A stretch of DNA of 64,000 nucleotides, from positions 61,504,001 through 61,568,000 of the forward strand of contig NC_042999.1 of NCBI RefSeq assembly GCF_006345805.1, written 5' to 3'. Each line of letters begins with the position of its first letter. Position 1 is the first letter of the stretch. Position numbers and translations under genes: made by a program. The notes beneath the pieces are model-generated. The model had not been told where the DNA came from. It made no database searches and saw only the letters and a program-made list of their open reading frames with translations. Source of the DNA: Octopus sinensis. Its lineage: Eukaryota. Shown here in pieces: positions 25,797 to 39,632 of this stretch.

Positions 25797-26074
25797 GTGG
25801 AGGTACATGGCCTAGCGGTTAGAGCAGCGGACTCGCGCTCGAGAGACTGCGAGTTCGAATCTTAGACCGGGCGATGTGTGTTGATGAGCGAAACACCTAA
25901 GATCCACGCGGCTCCGGCCGAAGGTAATGGCGAACTTCAACTGACTCTTTCGGTAAAACTTTATCTCCTGCATCTAGCAGCTCAGCTGCGACCCATCCAG
26001 GTGGGGAACCTATACGCCAATGAAACCGTCCCTTATGAGCCAGGCATGGCACGAGAAGGAACAAACAACAACAC
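25797..26074 (+). mobile_element. Family-A tRNA-derived SINE, full length
   Basis: A box TGGCCTAGCGG, B box GAGTTCGAATC, (AAC)n tail; homologous to 48699-48996 and 55891-56194. Confidence 0.85.
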
Positions 26075-26084
26075 ACCCATATAA

Positions 26085-26235
26085 GTGAAAAAGCTTTTAA
26101 CGTTTCGAGCCTACGCTCTTCCACAGAAAAGAACACAGAAAGAAACAAGGAAAGAACATAAAGAATGTGTGGTGGCTAACGATCTATCATGGCGAATGCC
26201 GAACAGAAGGGTCACAGAGGAGAGCTAGGGAGATG
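26085..26235 (-). mobile_element. Second copy of the pLTR-like repeat seen at 3722-3885
   Basis: Shared AACGTTTCGAGCCTACGCTCTTCCACAGAAA.GAACACAGAAAGAAACAAGGA; the right boundary is approximate. Confidence 0.55.
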
Positions 26236-26504
26236 TAAAGGCTAAAGACCCCCTTCGGTCATGAATGACCATGGGATTGCACCTAGAAAGTTACCCTCCT
26301 AGACACAAGTCCGGGCAAGGTTGTTTATGGAAGACCAGCAGTCGCCCATGCATACCAGCCTCACCTCTCCACGCCACCAGTGTTATCCAACGGAAAGACA
26401 AAGGTCGATACAGCTTGGCACCAGTGACGTCGCAACTCATTTCTACAGCTGAGTGAACTGGAGCCACGTGAAATAAAGTGCCTTGCTCAAGAACACAACA
26501 CGAT
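26236..26504 (-). mobile_element. Headless SINE with family-B central domain and a third type of tail
   Basis: GTGTTCTTGAGCAAGGCACTTTATTTCACGT...CTCAGCTG domain, then a tail ending CCCATGGTCATTCATGACCGAAGGGGGTCTTTAG. Confidence 0.7.
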
Positions 26505-26560
26505 GTATATATATATAATATATATATATAGGGAGATGTATATATATATATATAATATAT

Positions 26561-26734
26561 GGCAGGCTTCTTTCAGTTTCCGTCTACCAAATTCACTCAC
26601 TGGTCGGCTCTAGACTATAGGTCGGCTCTAGGCTATAGGTGAAGACGCTTGCCCAAGCTTCCATTTAGTAGGACTGACCCCAGTACAATGTAATTGGGAA
26701 GCAGGCTTTTTACCACACAGCCACGCCTGCGCCT
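26561..26734 (-). mobile_element. Family-E SINE 5' part, with internal 18-bp tandem duplication
   Basis: Reverse complement of GGCGCAGG.GTGGCTGTGTGGTAA...GGTAGACGGAAACTGAAAGAAGCC; GGTCGGCTCTAG(A/G)CTATA occurs twice. Confidence 0.75.
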
Positions 26735-27419
26735 AATTTTCTTTCTTTATTCTTTCTTCTTTTCTGTTTTTGACGCTGTAATGTGCTCCTTACATTGTCA
26801 GTCCTCCTAAGCTGATTAGTAACCAGAAAAGTGGGAACTGATGAAAATACTGTTCCCTCTAAAACCTCTGTATCTGGTGCAAATTATTTCCAGCTAATCC
26901 TGAGAATTTGACGAAGACACTTTTACTTATTAAAAGCGTCCGAAGGATTTTATGCGGTGGTTGTAAACAGTCCATGTTTCCGCCGAATAAGATAATGGAG
27001 AATAGTATAAACGAACGATAAACTAAAATCTTTGTGCTAACATTAATACGCCGATTTAACTACACACTATTCCTAAGAGAACCAAGTGACTTTGTTACAT
27101 TTCTGTATGCGAGCTACAGTTTCTATATCCAAAGTTCCTTGCGAGTTAACCATGCATATATATATAAAGGATATAAATCTGCAGATTATATATATATATA
27201 GTGCATATGTGTGTTTATGTTTTCCTACGTATGTGACTCTGTGAGTGCGCACGCGTCAGTGTGTGTTTGTGTGTGAATTATTTCCTATCGTTGATCAGCT
27301 TGAAGAAAAACAACTATTTATAGATGGAGGGACTCCATACATTTATTAGAGTAAGATTTATTGATACTATTGATTAGATAACGACTCCAAGTTCTGCTTT
27401 TAACGTCTTATTCAAACAT

Positions 27420-27551
27420 ATATATGAGCGTATGTGTATGTATATATGCAAAAGCATATATACACGTGTGTATGTATGTGTGTGTTTGCGTGTGTATGCA
27501 TACATATATATATTTATCAAATCTATCTATCTATATATATGTGTGGTATAT

Positions 27552-27597
<46 letters not shown>

Positions 27598-27614
27598 ATT
27601 ATATATATATATAC

Positions 27615-27645
<31 letters not shown>

Positions 27646-27675
27646 ATATATATATATTATATATATATATACATA

Positions 27676-27727
<52 letters not shown>

Positions 27728-27870
27728 GTATATATATACATACATATGTATATATATATGTATATATATATATATGCATGTACGTATATGTGTATTATGG
27801 CATGTATGCGTGCGAGTGTTGATTGTAGCTATGTATATATTTATATATATACGAATATATATCAATGAGC
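27420..27870. repeat. (TA)n/(TATG)n microsatellite block
   Basis: Directly visible. Confidence 0.9.
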
Positions 27871-28569
27871 GACACGGAAAAGAGACCTGGAGAAAGTGAG
27901 AGAGTAAAATAGATAGAGACATAGATAGATAGACAGATACAAAGAGAAAGAGAGAGAGAGAGAAAGAGAGAGAGATTTTACATTGAAAGTTTGGAGAAGG
28001 GTGAAATAACTTCTGTAAAATGAATCATATATTTCTTTGTAGTTTTATATGTATTCAAGTGTACCGAGAAACGGGTTTTCATCATTGTCTACAAGGATAC
28101 ATAGATATTCACACAGTTGCCTAATCAACCGAATTATATGTGCTGTGCTATGAATAGATTAGTGCCTGGCAAATAACATTTCCTATCAATGATTTATAGA
28201 TGGCTTCAACTCTATTAGCAATTCGTGTCTTTAAAAGTGATTGCTGTATTGAATTATGTTTATAATCTGTATTCTCTCAACGACTATAAAACTTCCATAC
28301 CTTTAGAAAACATTGTGTTAGAGTTTTCATATGACGAACTTGTAAAATAACTAGTATTCATAAGTATTGGGTTATAAATTCTGGTTATCATTGCGTATTT
28401 ATGTGTTTACAGAAGACAGCGCATCTAGATGAAATCGTTATATGCATATATAAATGCATTGTTGGACACGCACACCAAACAAGCCTACACCCCACTGATA
28501 AATACATGCATACATGCATACGTATGTATTTAGGTGTCTTTTCCTCAATCTATTCCACTCGCCCTTTAT

Positions 28570-28614
<45 letters not shown>

Positions 28615-29202
28615 GTAAATATATATATATATATGTGTGTGTGTATATATATGTATATATATATATATACATATATATACATATATATATATATAGACAT
28701 AGATATAGATATATATGCATATATATACATATATTATATATATTTAGATATAGGTATGAATGTGTGTGTAAACACAAACATAATTTTATGTGAAATATCT
28801 GTATGTATGGAAATATATACATAGATATATACACATAATTACATATTTGTACGTGTATGTATGTGTGTATGCAAGTATTCATATACATGTATATGCATAT
28901 ACGTATATATACTTACATGTGTACTTGTATGCCTAGCGCTATCTGTGCGTAAACTCCATCGATAATTGCACAGACAACCAAACATCAATAAAGATATTCT
29001 ACCAGTTTATATATAATTAACACATATATATTGCCCATATATATTATATTTATATTATATTTATTTATTAATATATATATAATATATATATATAATATAT
29101 ATATATTATATATATGTCAGTTTGTTATGAGTAGGTTTATATTTTATATATAGGTATGTCTGTGCATGCACACATATATACATATAGATATAGCTGTGTG
29201 TG

Positions 29203-29258
<56 letters not shown>

Positions 29259-29531
29259 CTTTTATCGTCTGATTGTATATGTTAACGAAAATGTAAGTCT
29301 ACTGTAATAAACAAATGTCAATAAACGGTTATTTAAATCACATTAAGAGCCCATGACCACTCGCACACCTACGCTGATGTTTACACTGTACTATTGCATA
29401 TTGCATTGAACTAGTGTTTAAACACACTCTGATGAAACACACATTCATTGCATACATACAGACCATACCAGAAACTGCTGTCAGATACAATCTGCTATAT
29501 ATGCATCTAAAAGTACGCACGTATACGTACT

Positions 29532-29596
<65 letters not shown>

Positions 29597-31036
29597 AGTA
29601 TAACTATGTATATATATTTATATTTACGTATACATGTTATGGGTTCTAGATACAGAAGCACATTTATCACATAAATATCGCAACATATTTAAGCGAACCA
29701 CTAATATTTTGTCTTCTGTTTATTCCAATTATCTTTATGTGAATCTTTTAGTGACGTGTTAGTACCTATATGTCTGTGTGCATATTCATTTTATTTAAAG
29801 TTTGTGCTTATACCTGCAACACTCTAAGGGTTTTATATAGCCATAGTATAAACATATACATATACATACTACCGCAGATATACACAGCCACACGTGCCAA
29901 TATAAAAATAAATATATATATATACATATGTGTGTGTGCATGTATGTATGTGTCTATATGCATATATATATATATGTTTTTGTGTGTATACATGTACAAA
30001 TATGTATATAAATATATATGTATATGCATTACACACACACACACATATATATATATATACATATTTACATATAATACACACATATATGTGCATATGCATA
30101 TATATACATATTTATGCATGTATACACACACAACTATTAATACATGTATGTATCTATCTATGTAAAAATATGTGTGTGTATGTACACATTTGTATTTATA
30201 AAGTCATATATACACACATTCACATGTTTTGTATATATATATAAAGAGTATGTGTGTGTGTGTAAGTGCGTATATATATAAAGTAGGACACACCACTCTA
30301 TTAACGCTCAGATATTTCTCCATACATGTTATTCAACGCAAAGAAATTGTTTAAAACCAGTACATTTATTGCGTTTGTGCTTTCTTTGTTTTTGTTATTT
30401 TGTTTTTTTTTTCCCTTTTTCTCCTAATACTGCCAAGGAGAATCGATGTGGCAATTGTAGCACATAATTTCACAAGAAGGAGAACCATGAAATTGGTTTC
30501 GCAAAATTTGGTATTAAAATTCGGAGACAGCAACTCTCCATCTACCCTGATATTGATTTCTTGCGGTATTTTAGTCGTGATATCCATATCTATAGGTTGT
30601 TAAATATATTAATGTTACCCGATTCTTATATAGGTTACGAGAACAAAACATTTCTCTTTATTAACAGCCGAAAGCGCAAATTTAGATGTGGAGTAAATAG
30701 AAACTAAAGTTAGATATGTATATATATGGAAACAGCGGCTAAATTATGGTTATAGTTTGCATTTTGTTTGACATTTCTGCGCATGAATCCATATACGTTC
30801 CTATCTCTTTTCCTATCTACAATATCATTTCCCTTAAAACACCCAATATGAAAACTATTTTTATTTCAGTAGTCATATTTTTATTGCACTCTTTTACGGC
30901 ACAACCTAGCGCAGCTTTCTGTGCCTTAGTTACGTTTAATGTTCTTGTTTTATAGTATGTGGATTTTTTCTTGTATTCAAACTTAACGTGTTATATGAGA
31001 AAAATTTGTTTCTCTTGCATTCTCTGTTTCTCTCTT

Positions 31037-31097
<61 letters not shown>

Positions 31098-31199
31098 CGT
31101 TCTATCTATTTACTTGTCGCTCTCTTTTTCTCTCTCATTGCCTTAGTGGTTCGATCAGGAAAAACGATTAGCGCCTAGTTTGCGGTTAAAATGATTCCA

Positions 31200-31947
31200 A
31201 GGCAAGCAATTTCGCCGGAGGGGTGAAACAGTTGCATTGACGCTAGGGCTCAAAAGGTACTTATTTTATCGACCCCGAAACGAATGAAAGGCAAAGTCGA
31301 TATCGATGGAATTTGAACTCAGAACATGTAGACGAAATACCGCTTCTGCCAGCTCGCCGCCCAACATTTATTTTTTCGTTTTTGTTTTTGGTGGGTGGAG
31401 AGCGAGCCAGTCGATTACATCGACCCCAATGCGTAACTGGTACTTACTTAATCGACCGCGAAAGGATGAAAGGCAAAGTCGACCTCGGCGGAATTTGAAC
31501 TCAGAATGTAACAGCAGAAGAAATGCCGCTAAGCATTTCATTGCCCACAAGGGGCTAAACATAGAAGGGACAAACAAGCACAGATAAAGGGATTAAGTCG
31601 ATTACATGGACCTCAGTGCGTAACTGGTACTTAATTAATCGACCCAGAAGGGATGAAAGGCAAAGTCGACCACGGCGGAATTTGAACTCAGAACGTAACG
31701 GCCGACGAAATACCTATTTCTTTACTACTCACAAGGGGCTAAATACAGAGAGGACAAACAAGGATACACAAATGGATTAAGTCGATTATATCGATCCCAG
31801 TGCGTAACTGGTACTTAATTTATCGACCCCGAAAGGATGAAAGACAAAGTCGAGCTCGGCGGAATTTGAACTCAGAGCGTAACGGCAGACGAAATACGGC
31901 TACGCATTTCGCCCGGCGTGCTAGCTCGTTTCTACCAGCTCACCGCC
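31200..31947 (-). mobile_element. Head-to-tail array of four family-C SINE units (three fused at about 185-bp period)
   Basis: GTCGATTA starts at 31410, 31597 and 31781; among the three fused units only the one ending at 31947 has the full tRNA head. Confidence 0.85.
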
Positions 31948-32663
31948 TTAGGTGTGCCTAGTAATGCAAGCTGATGACTTAAGGAAAGCACTAGTGGATA
32001 ATCTACAGCGAAGGAAATGAGTATTCCAGTGTCCCCATCCTGTGAGTAGTGGTTTAGAACGAGAGATTCTTATGGTATCAATTATAACATCTAGCTCATC
32101 CGTGGACAAGAGACTGTTATATATTAGTTAACAGTTAATACCAATCATCTGCATGAGTCTATTTTGCGAACTGGTTTTGCATCTCCGCCTGTATAGCTGC
32201 ACTGAAGTACCGAGCCTAGAGCAGCAATCCTTGATATGATTACCAGAGCTTTGTAGAGCGGATTGTGGGAGAGTAAAAGAGGGACATTGTTACGATAGAT
32301 CGAGTAGAGGATGTCACATTTTCAGATGAACTTTGGAAGTAACCATTGGCAAATCATGTTATATTCATGTTTATTCATATCCTGGCGTTTTTGTCACAGC
32401 TTTGTCTCACATTTGTGACCTTGTCGCTGAAATAATTTTGATACTCTGGTATTGTATCAGTCTGGAGGGAATCGCTGAGCAGATCGCAGATGTATGACGA
32501 CAATTTTGACACCTCAGGAAATGAACGCAAATTAATACAAGAGATTTGTGTATTCCTAAATGAATACACGAATATTTCACGATAAGAATGCGCTCGCTCT
32601 CCTTCTCTTTGTCTCTCACTTTGTCTCTATCCGTCAATCTGTCTGTCTCTCTGTCCTTCTTCA

Positions 32664-32697
<34 letters not shown>

Positions 32698-33072
32698 CTC
32701 TCTCTGCATTATTATATTCACTACTGCTACTAAAAACCATTTCTATAGATGTTGAAAAATTGTAAACAGCACTTTCATAAAATGCGAAAACTTACAAAAA
32801 GTTCTTGCCCTCCTGGGTATTTTAAGATATTTTCATATATTATAATTAACAATTGTAAACTTAGAAAGTCCTTCTTTAAATATCGTAATTTTATCAATAA
32901 TTCTTTGTAAAAACATATTTGAATATAGACGCTTGTGTGACTTTAAGTATGTGTGTGTGTATATATATAGTTGCATATATTCGTATATACACACACACAC
33001 ACATGTATATATATCTATTTATCTATATTGGTACATGGTATATGCGTATGGATATGTGTCTGTATCTGCGTA

Positions 33073-33359
33073 AACATGCTCCGCAACCACATGGTTCTGA
33101 TTTCAGTCCCAATGCGTGGCACCTTGAGGAAATGCCTTCTGTTATAGCTTCAGGCCGAGCAAAATCTTGTAAGTAGATTAGGTAGAAATAAACTGAAGGA
33201 AGCCCATCGTGCGTGGCTGAGTGGTAAGAAGCTTCCTTCCTAACCATATGGGTCTCTGTTTAGTACCACTGCGTGACACTTTCCTTGAGTATTTTCTACT
33301 ATGGCCTCGGACCAACCAAAGCCTTGTGAGGGGACGGAGACTGACAAAAGCCCGTCGTA
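33073..33359 (+). mobile_element. Tandem pair of diverged family-E SINE 5' parts
   Basis: Two consecutive ACCA(C/T)ATGG...TGCGTG(G/A)CAC...AGCCC(A/G)TCGT units. Confidence 0.7.
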
Positions 33360-33600
33360 TATATATATATATCTATATATATATTATATATATATATTAT
33401 ATATATATATATATATAAGAGATAATAGTATCATTGAGACTCAAAGGTGTCAGGTAAGGCTGAATAAGTAATATAGACAGACCGTAGTTAAGTTCCAGAT
33501 TCGTTAATATTGCGAATAAAGGGTTCAATGTTGGTTCTATGTCAGCGTGTATATATAAGAAATTTTTACGTAATGAGATAAAAAAAAACAAGGCTGTATA

Positions 33601-33676
33601 GATATTATAGCGTTTATAGATATGTCTTACAGCTCTGTTAGCTGTAAGACCTTCTATCTATAAATGCTCTAATATC
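33601..33676. repeat. Fold-back with 34/37-bp arms centred on CTTACAGCT-CTGTT-AGCTGTAAG
   Basis: GATATTATAGCGTTTATAGATATGTCTTACAGCT vs the reverse complement of AGCTGTAAGACCTTCTATCTATAAATGCTCTAATATC. Confidence 0.7.
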
Positions 33677-33719
33677 AGACTTTTTTTGGTGGGGGGAGGC
33701 GATTTTTTACCTCCATCTT

Positions 33720-33783
33720 CCCTTCCTTGGATCTTTCCTTTTCCTATGTTTCTGACGAAGAGCTCCGCTCGAAACGTTAAACT
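33720..33783 (+). ncRNA. Partial HHR-like motif (probable pLTR remnant)
   Basis: CTGACGA (33752-33758)-A-GAGC-TCC-GCTC-GAAA-CGTTAAAC; core and helix II are intact, but no cleavage triplet or helix I partner is evident. Confidence 0.4.
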
Positions 33784-34077
33784 GCATACTAGGACGTCCA
33801 CACAAAGTCAGATTTGCAAATTATATTTACCTTGGACGGTCGTACCGATGATCTGCGGACAATTATGTAAGTAAGATTACGTAATTTGTTGATAGTGAAA
33901 CATGTATGCGAATGATCCATATTTTTATTGCTTTTTCTTTTTCTTGCTCGATTACGTTTTGGTTGTTTGCTGAATTTTTTTTTTAGAACATTTCTTAGTG
34001 GTGAGACCGTAGCGGATCCATTTCTAGCATATGGGTGTCCACATAGTGGTTCCCTCTAATATATATATATATATTAT

Positions 34078-34110
<33 letters not shown>

Positions 34111-34267
34111 TTATATATATATAATATATATAATATATATATAATTAATACAATTTTACTGAACCATCAGTTTTTTTTATGCTAGACCACTGGTGTGAAA
34201 TCAATGTTAATTAAATTAATATATAATTTCTCACCCTCATTTTAAATTTAAATTTATATATACATAC

Positions 34268-34407
<140 letters not shown>

Positions 34408-34582
34408 GGCGCAGGAGTGGCTGTGTGGTAAGTAGCTTGCTAACCATCCACATGGTTCCGTGTTCAGTCCACTGCGTGGCATTTGGGCAAGTGTCTTCTT
34501 GCTATAGCCCCGGGCCGACCAATGCCTTGTGAGTGGATTTGGTAGACGGAAACTGAAGAAGCCTGTCGTATATATGTATATA

Positions 34583-34613
<31 letters not shown>

Positions 34614-34655
34614 AGCAATTAAGATTCAAGTGAGTTCTATTGAATTCACATGAAT
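34408..34655 (+). mobile_element. Family-E SINE, 3'-truncated within a 43-bp internal insert
   Basis: Head, CORE-like region and (TA)n, then 34613-34655 identical to 38618-38660. Confidence 0.8.
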
Positions 34656-34789
34656 GCGGTACTTAACTTAGATGTACCAGAAATCTATATGATATTAACC
34701 ATAAAATAATGTGGGGTGATTATAAACAACAAAAAAGCAACTAATCCATTCTTGTTGTTTTTTTCTTGTATATATATATAAATATACAT

Positions 34790-34975
34790 AGGCCTGTTGC
34801 CCGGATTCTGTGGCGTATATGTTCTCCTGCTGGACAGAGTTACTCATTTTTGTCAGCAGAGTAGAATGGAACAGTGTAAAATTAAATGTTTTGCGCAAGA
34901 AGCTATGTATCACCGAGTCGAAGAAACGAAACCATAATCTTGCGACCATGAGTGCAAACTGTAACCTATTCTCTC
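34790..34975 (-). mobile_element. Degenerate family-B SINE
   Basis: TTACTCATTTTTGTCAGCAGAGT...GAAACCATAATCTTGCGACC matches the reverse complement of family B. Confidence 0.55.
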
Positions 34976-35129
34976 AGTACAGTGCAGATAATTCGGTTGA
35001 TTAGGCAACTGTGTGAATACACAGATAGACATACCTACACACACACACAAACACACATAAACATACGCATACACACATACACACACACACACACATATAT
35101 ATAGAGAGAGAGAGATAGAGAGAGAGATT

Positions 35130-35227
<98 letters not shown>

Positions 35228-36098
35228 CAGATTGATTGATAGATAGCTATTTGAACATATGTATGTACGTACGTATGCATGTATATCCTATTTTCTGCTC
35301 GTTTGAGTGTCCCTTTGAACCGTGGTGACATCGGCGCAATTAATTTACAAACAGTGTAAAAGCGTACAGTGCTCCGGGGAAAGAGACTTTTCCCCATGAC
35401 ATTCACAGGTCCTATTCTAATAACCATAAGGTCAATGCAGGCTGATATTCTTAAGCCCCTATAATTTAACATCCCCGGGAAAGACATGATCAAGGGAGAA
35501 AATTTCACTCGCCTCACATATGTTGCAATAACATGTCAATAACGCTTCTTTTGAATTTCGATCTTATATTTATTTGTATGTTACTTTAATATTTCCATTG
35601 TTTAGAATTCTTCTATGTTTGTAAGTATCTTTCTAAACGAATGAAAAATTGATATCGTTGGCTTCATTGGTTCTCTGCTAATCTATATATTCTATTTATT
35701 TTTTTACTCGTTTTATATAAATTCTAGAGCTTCTCCTACAATCACGAGTGTGTCCATTCAACGTATTCTTGCTGACATTACATGTCAAGTTTGCTCTGCG
35801 GTAAAAATATTTATTTAGTTTTTCATTGTTCATGTGGCTGACAACAGAACACGATATATCAATCAATATGCCTATTTTTCTATATCTTTTAATGAATGTG
35901 CCATATCGGTTTTTGACTTGTCATCCGCAGTGAAAGCTTTTGATGTCACTCATTATGGCAACTCCGTTTTACCAATAGCATTTTAGTCTATTCTGTTCTA
36001 TTTCATACAAAGTGACACACAGATAAACACGCACACGCACACTCACATTTATGTGTGTATGTATGTATGGGTGTATGTGTGTGTGTGTGTGTATGTGT

Positions 36099-36143
<45 letters not shown>

Positions 36144-38417
36144 ACGCAGGTACGTGTATGCGTAAAATATTTTTGGGTAGTCTAGTTTGACAACTGATTA
36201 TGTCTCGCTCTCCTCCTTGTCAATGGCTTCTCTCATGTATATCTCAATACATTTGTGCGTGTATGTATGTGCGTGAGCGGCGTATGTGCGTACACATATA
36301 ATACACATGCCAGTGAAAGTATGGATGTATTTTTTTTTTTTGCTTTTGACTTTCTCTTTTGTATTCTAATATGAACAGCGTCCTTTTAGAATGCTTTTGC
36401 TTTACATTTTCTTTCTCATATTATTGCTTATTATGTCATAGGAAATAAGAAATAAATATACCTTCATGCAAAAGAGAAAGAAAATAGTTCTATCATGGTT
36501 TTTGCTATGACTTTGATTGAATAACCTTGGCTGAGTTCTGTCTGTTGTAGCAATGGTGTTTTATGTATTATATATGCCGGGAGCACTGTATAATACGTGA
36601 TCAGCACGTAATAACTCAAGTTTATATATGTTATGCTATGCATGTATTTGTGACACTACATATACATTTTATATATTTTTAGCTACGACGTCCATATCTC
36701 TATGGAATAGTTTCTCTTTTTTTCTTTTGTATGCTATCTTCTGAACGCATCCTGCTTCTTCTGCTACTTGTATAAATTCTCCATATCTTTGTCTTATATA
36801 TTATATTTTGCTCTGTATTGATCGACTCTTATCAGGACACAGTAATTTGAATGGTGGTCCTTTGATAACGATATCAGAAGAGATCCTTTATATAAATGCG
36901 TGATGTAAATAGATTTAGTGTAGCGTGTGGAAGTTATCTTTCGAAGAAACATTCACTATACATTATATATTTATGTGACAATTTCTTATCAGTAACATAG
37001 TTTTCTGATACATATTTATGATATAGATTTAAACATTCATACATCTATACATGTACCTGGAATTCGACATGGTGTTATCTGTGCATATAACAGCTCGATG
37101 AAGCCTCTACAAAGTTAATTGACATGCTAGAGATAGCAGCGAAATCTTGTCAAATCTATCCATTCTTAAATAACAAACGAAACATTAAATAATGTAAATC
37201 CGGATGCTCATAAAAGTACGAGAGGGTCGCGGTTGATGATAATTTAATTATAGGTCTACTCTATCAAGGGTGGCTTGAACCTAAATAAGAAACCGAACAA
37301 GATCACTCTGGAAGATTTTACTGCAGTTTATGCGTTAGAATCTACAGAATATACCTTATAACATAAGAACAGAACTGGTTTGAGAAGGATCAATATTAAT
37401 TTATATTGTCTACAACAATACTCATTTACTTTCAGCCTAAAACTAAGTGTTAATTCAACGCTCGTTCAGTTAACAAAGTGTTGAAATCTTCCTGCCTCAG
37501 GTTATCTAAATGAAATTAGATACAAATGGATAGGTGAGTTGTTGGTAGAAATCTAACATAGGAGAGAATTTACGATCTGCTAAGTAGTTTTAGTACCAAA
37601 TCGCTTCATGTCAGAACTGTCTTTGACATTGATCAACTCGGAAAGGAAATGGGTATTACGAGGTTTCAGTCGCCCTAACAACATTGCATTATAAATGCAA
37701 ACGTCAGAAAGTGTTAAGGAATATAAATGAAGAAAACGCCGTTTTATGAATAGTTTTACATGGCAATGTTGGGGGTCGATAAGCGTATTCTATTAAACAG
37801 CCAAACATTGCCTCCCACTGATTGTGCAAAAGCATTAGCTTCTTAGCAGGAAATTAATTTATAATGACCATTATTCTGCTCACATGCTACTCAACGTGAT
37901 TACTCTATTACATGCATTAACAAAGTCTCTTTGTGACTATAAAAACTGTTCGTTTCAATTTGGTTTAATCCATTCACTAATATTTGATGAAATATTCAGC
38001 ATAAAACTTTAGTTCTGCCAAATACTTACAGCAAGGCACTACCAATATTACATCCGTGATCGGCTTTAATGTCTTTGATTTCTAATTCTTCATTTCCACT
38101 AAGTTGCATGTTTCGATACTGAGCAAAACGTTCCATAGAATGTATTTTGTGATTATTACACACCACGTTTACTAAAACCGAACATAAATCATTACAATTG
38201 CTCACATAATGTAATATATAATGTAAGTGAATCACGAATAACTGGAGATAGTTTTTCCCAATTAAATTCGACCTAAATTTTATGTATGTGAAAATATATG
38301 ACATTAGTCGAGCATAGCAAAGCTGTTGGTTCCTATCTCAGAACAAATTTATGTGTCTTACGAGAATGTTCTTGTCAAACGAACACTCTATGTACCACAC
38401 AATTACACACACAAGTA

Positions 38418-38901
38418 GGCGCAGGAGTGGCTGTGTGGTAAGTAGCTTGCTTACCAACCACATGGTTCCGGGTTCAGTCCCACTGCGTGGCACCTTGGGC
38501 AAGTGTCTTCTACTATAGCCTCGGGCCGACCAAAGCCTTGTGAGTGGATTTGGTAGACGGAAACTGAATGAAGCCCGTCGTATATATGTATATATATATA
38601 TATATATATATAAGTAAAAGCAATTAAGATTCAAGTGAGTTCTATTGAATTCACATGAATTCAATACATGTGTGTGTGTGTGTGTGTGTTTGTGTGGCTG
38701 TGTTTGTCCCATCCAACATCGCTTGACAACCGATGCTGTTGTGTTTACGTCCCCGTAACTTAGCGGTTCGGCAAAAAAGACCGATAGAATAAGTACTGGA
38801 CTTACAAAGAATAAGTTCCGGGGTCGAGTTGCTCGAATAAAGGCGGTGCTCCAGCATGGCCGCAGTCAAATGATTGAAACAAGTAAAAGAGAGTAAAAGA
38901 G
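38418..38901 (+). mobile_element. Long, apparently complete family-E SINE (head, CORE-like domain, internal microsatellite, 3' domain, CR1-like tail)
   Basis: GGCGCAGGAGTGGCTGTGTGG head, GGTTCAGTCCC B box, ACCTTGGGCAAGT core, terminal (AGTAAAAGAG)2. Confidence 0.8.
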
Positions 38902-38978
38902 ACACACACATAACACAAACACACACACACTCACACACACACACACACACAATATATATATATTTTTTTATATATATA

Positions 38979-39016
<38 letters not shown>

Positions 39017-39021
<5 letters not shown>

Positions 39022-39632
39022 AAAATATCGTGTACATTATAACGCATCAAGTGGCTTCCAAATAGGAAATCCTTGTGCTAGAAAGAGCAATAGAAAACTC
39101 AAAGCACTAATTAGGGATAAATTCTCGAAAGGAATGAAAATTAAAAACGTTTACCACCTCATTTAGTTCCTAGACCATGGTTTCTAACTAATTCCAGTAA
39201 AAAAATGTTTACTGAGGCTAGTTTGCGCCGGAAATAATCTGCATCTACGCAGTGGTTTGAAAAGTTAAGATATACAAGCGGCTAGTTTACATGTGGATCT
39301 AGTTGTGTGTATATTTGAAATCTAAAGGCTCCCTACTGACGAAAACTAGCCTCAGTAAAAATGTTGTACTGGAATTAGTTAGAAACTATGGTCTAGGAAC
39401 TAAATGAGATGTTACACGCTTTTAATTTTCATTCCTTTCGAGAATTTATCCCTAGTTAGAGGTTTCAGTTTTCTACTGCTCTTTCTAGCACAAGGCTTTC
39501 CTATTTGGAAGCCTCTTGATGTGTTTTAATGTACACGATATTTTTATGTGAATAATATATAGTCTATTGACTTATTCTTTTTGTGCTAGGCTACTGGTAA
39601 TAATAATTTCTATAATACTTATTACCCTAATG

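Noticed and set aside
25797-25875. tRNA-like heads with A and B boxes (also 23787, 48920, 50508, 56120, 63020)
   Set aside because: They continue into SINE bodies, several with TSDs, and I could not form a complete cloverleaf; SINE heads, not tRNA genes.
29429-29488. CTGATGA...GAAACTGCTGTC hammerhead-like match
   Set aside because: No helix II and only 2 bp of helix I; plausible by chance.
31400-31947. Regularly spaced repeats resembling a CRISPR or satellite array
   Set aside because: Units are whole diverged SINE segments of about 185 bp with no unique spacers.
31971-32000. CTGATGA-CTTAAG-GAAA hammerhead-like match
   Set aside because: Helix II is too short, there is no correctly placed UH site and no helix I.
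35035-35517. 160-aa minus-strand ORF
   Set aside because: Half is (CTAT)n microsatellite translation; the unique half has no recognisable domain.
39017-39549. Classical DNA-transposon MITE interpretation of the fold-back
   Set aside because: No clear TSD, a one-sided tail, an internal HHR and a solo tail copy elsewhere fit a retro origin better; reported under findings instead.
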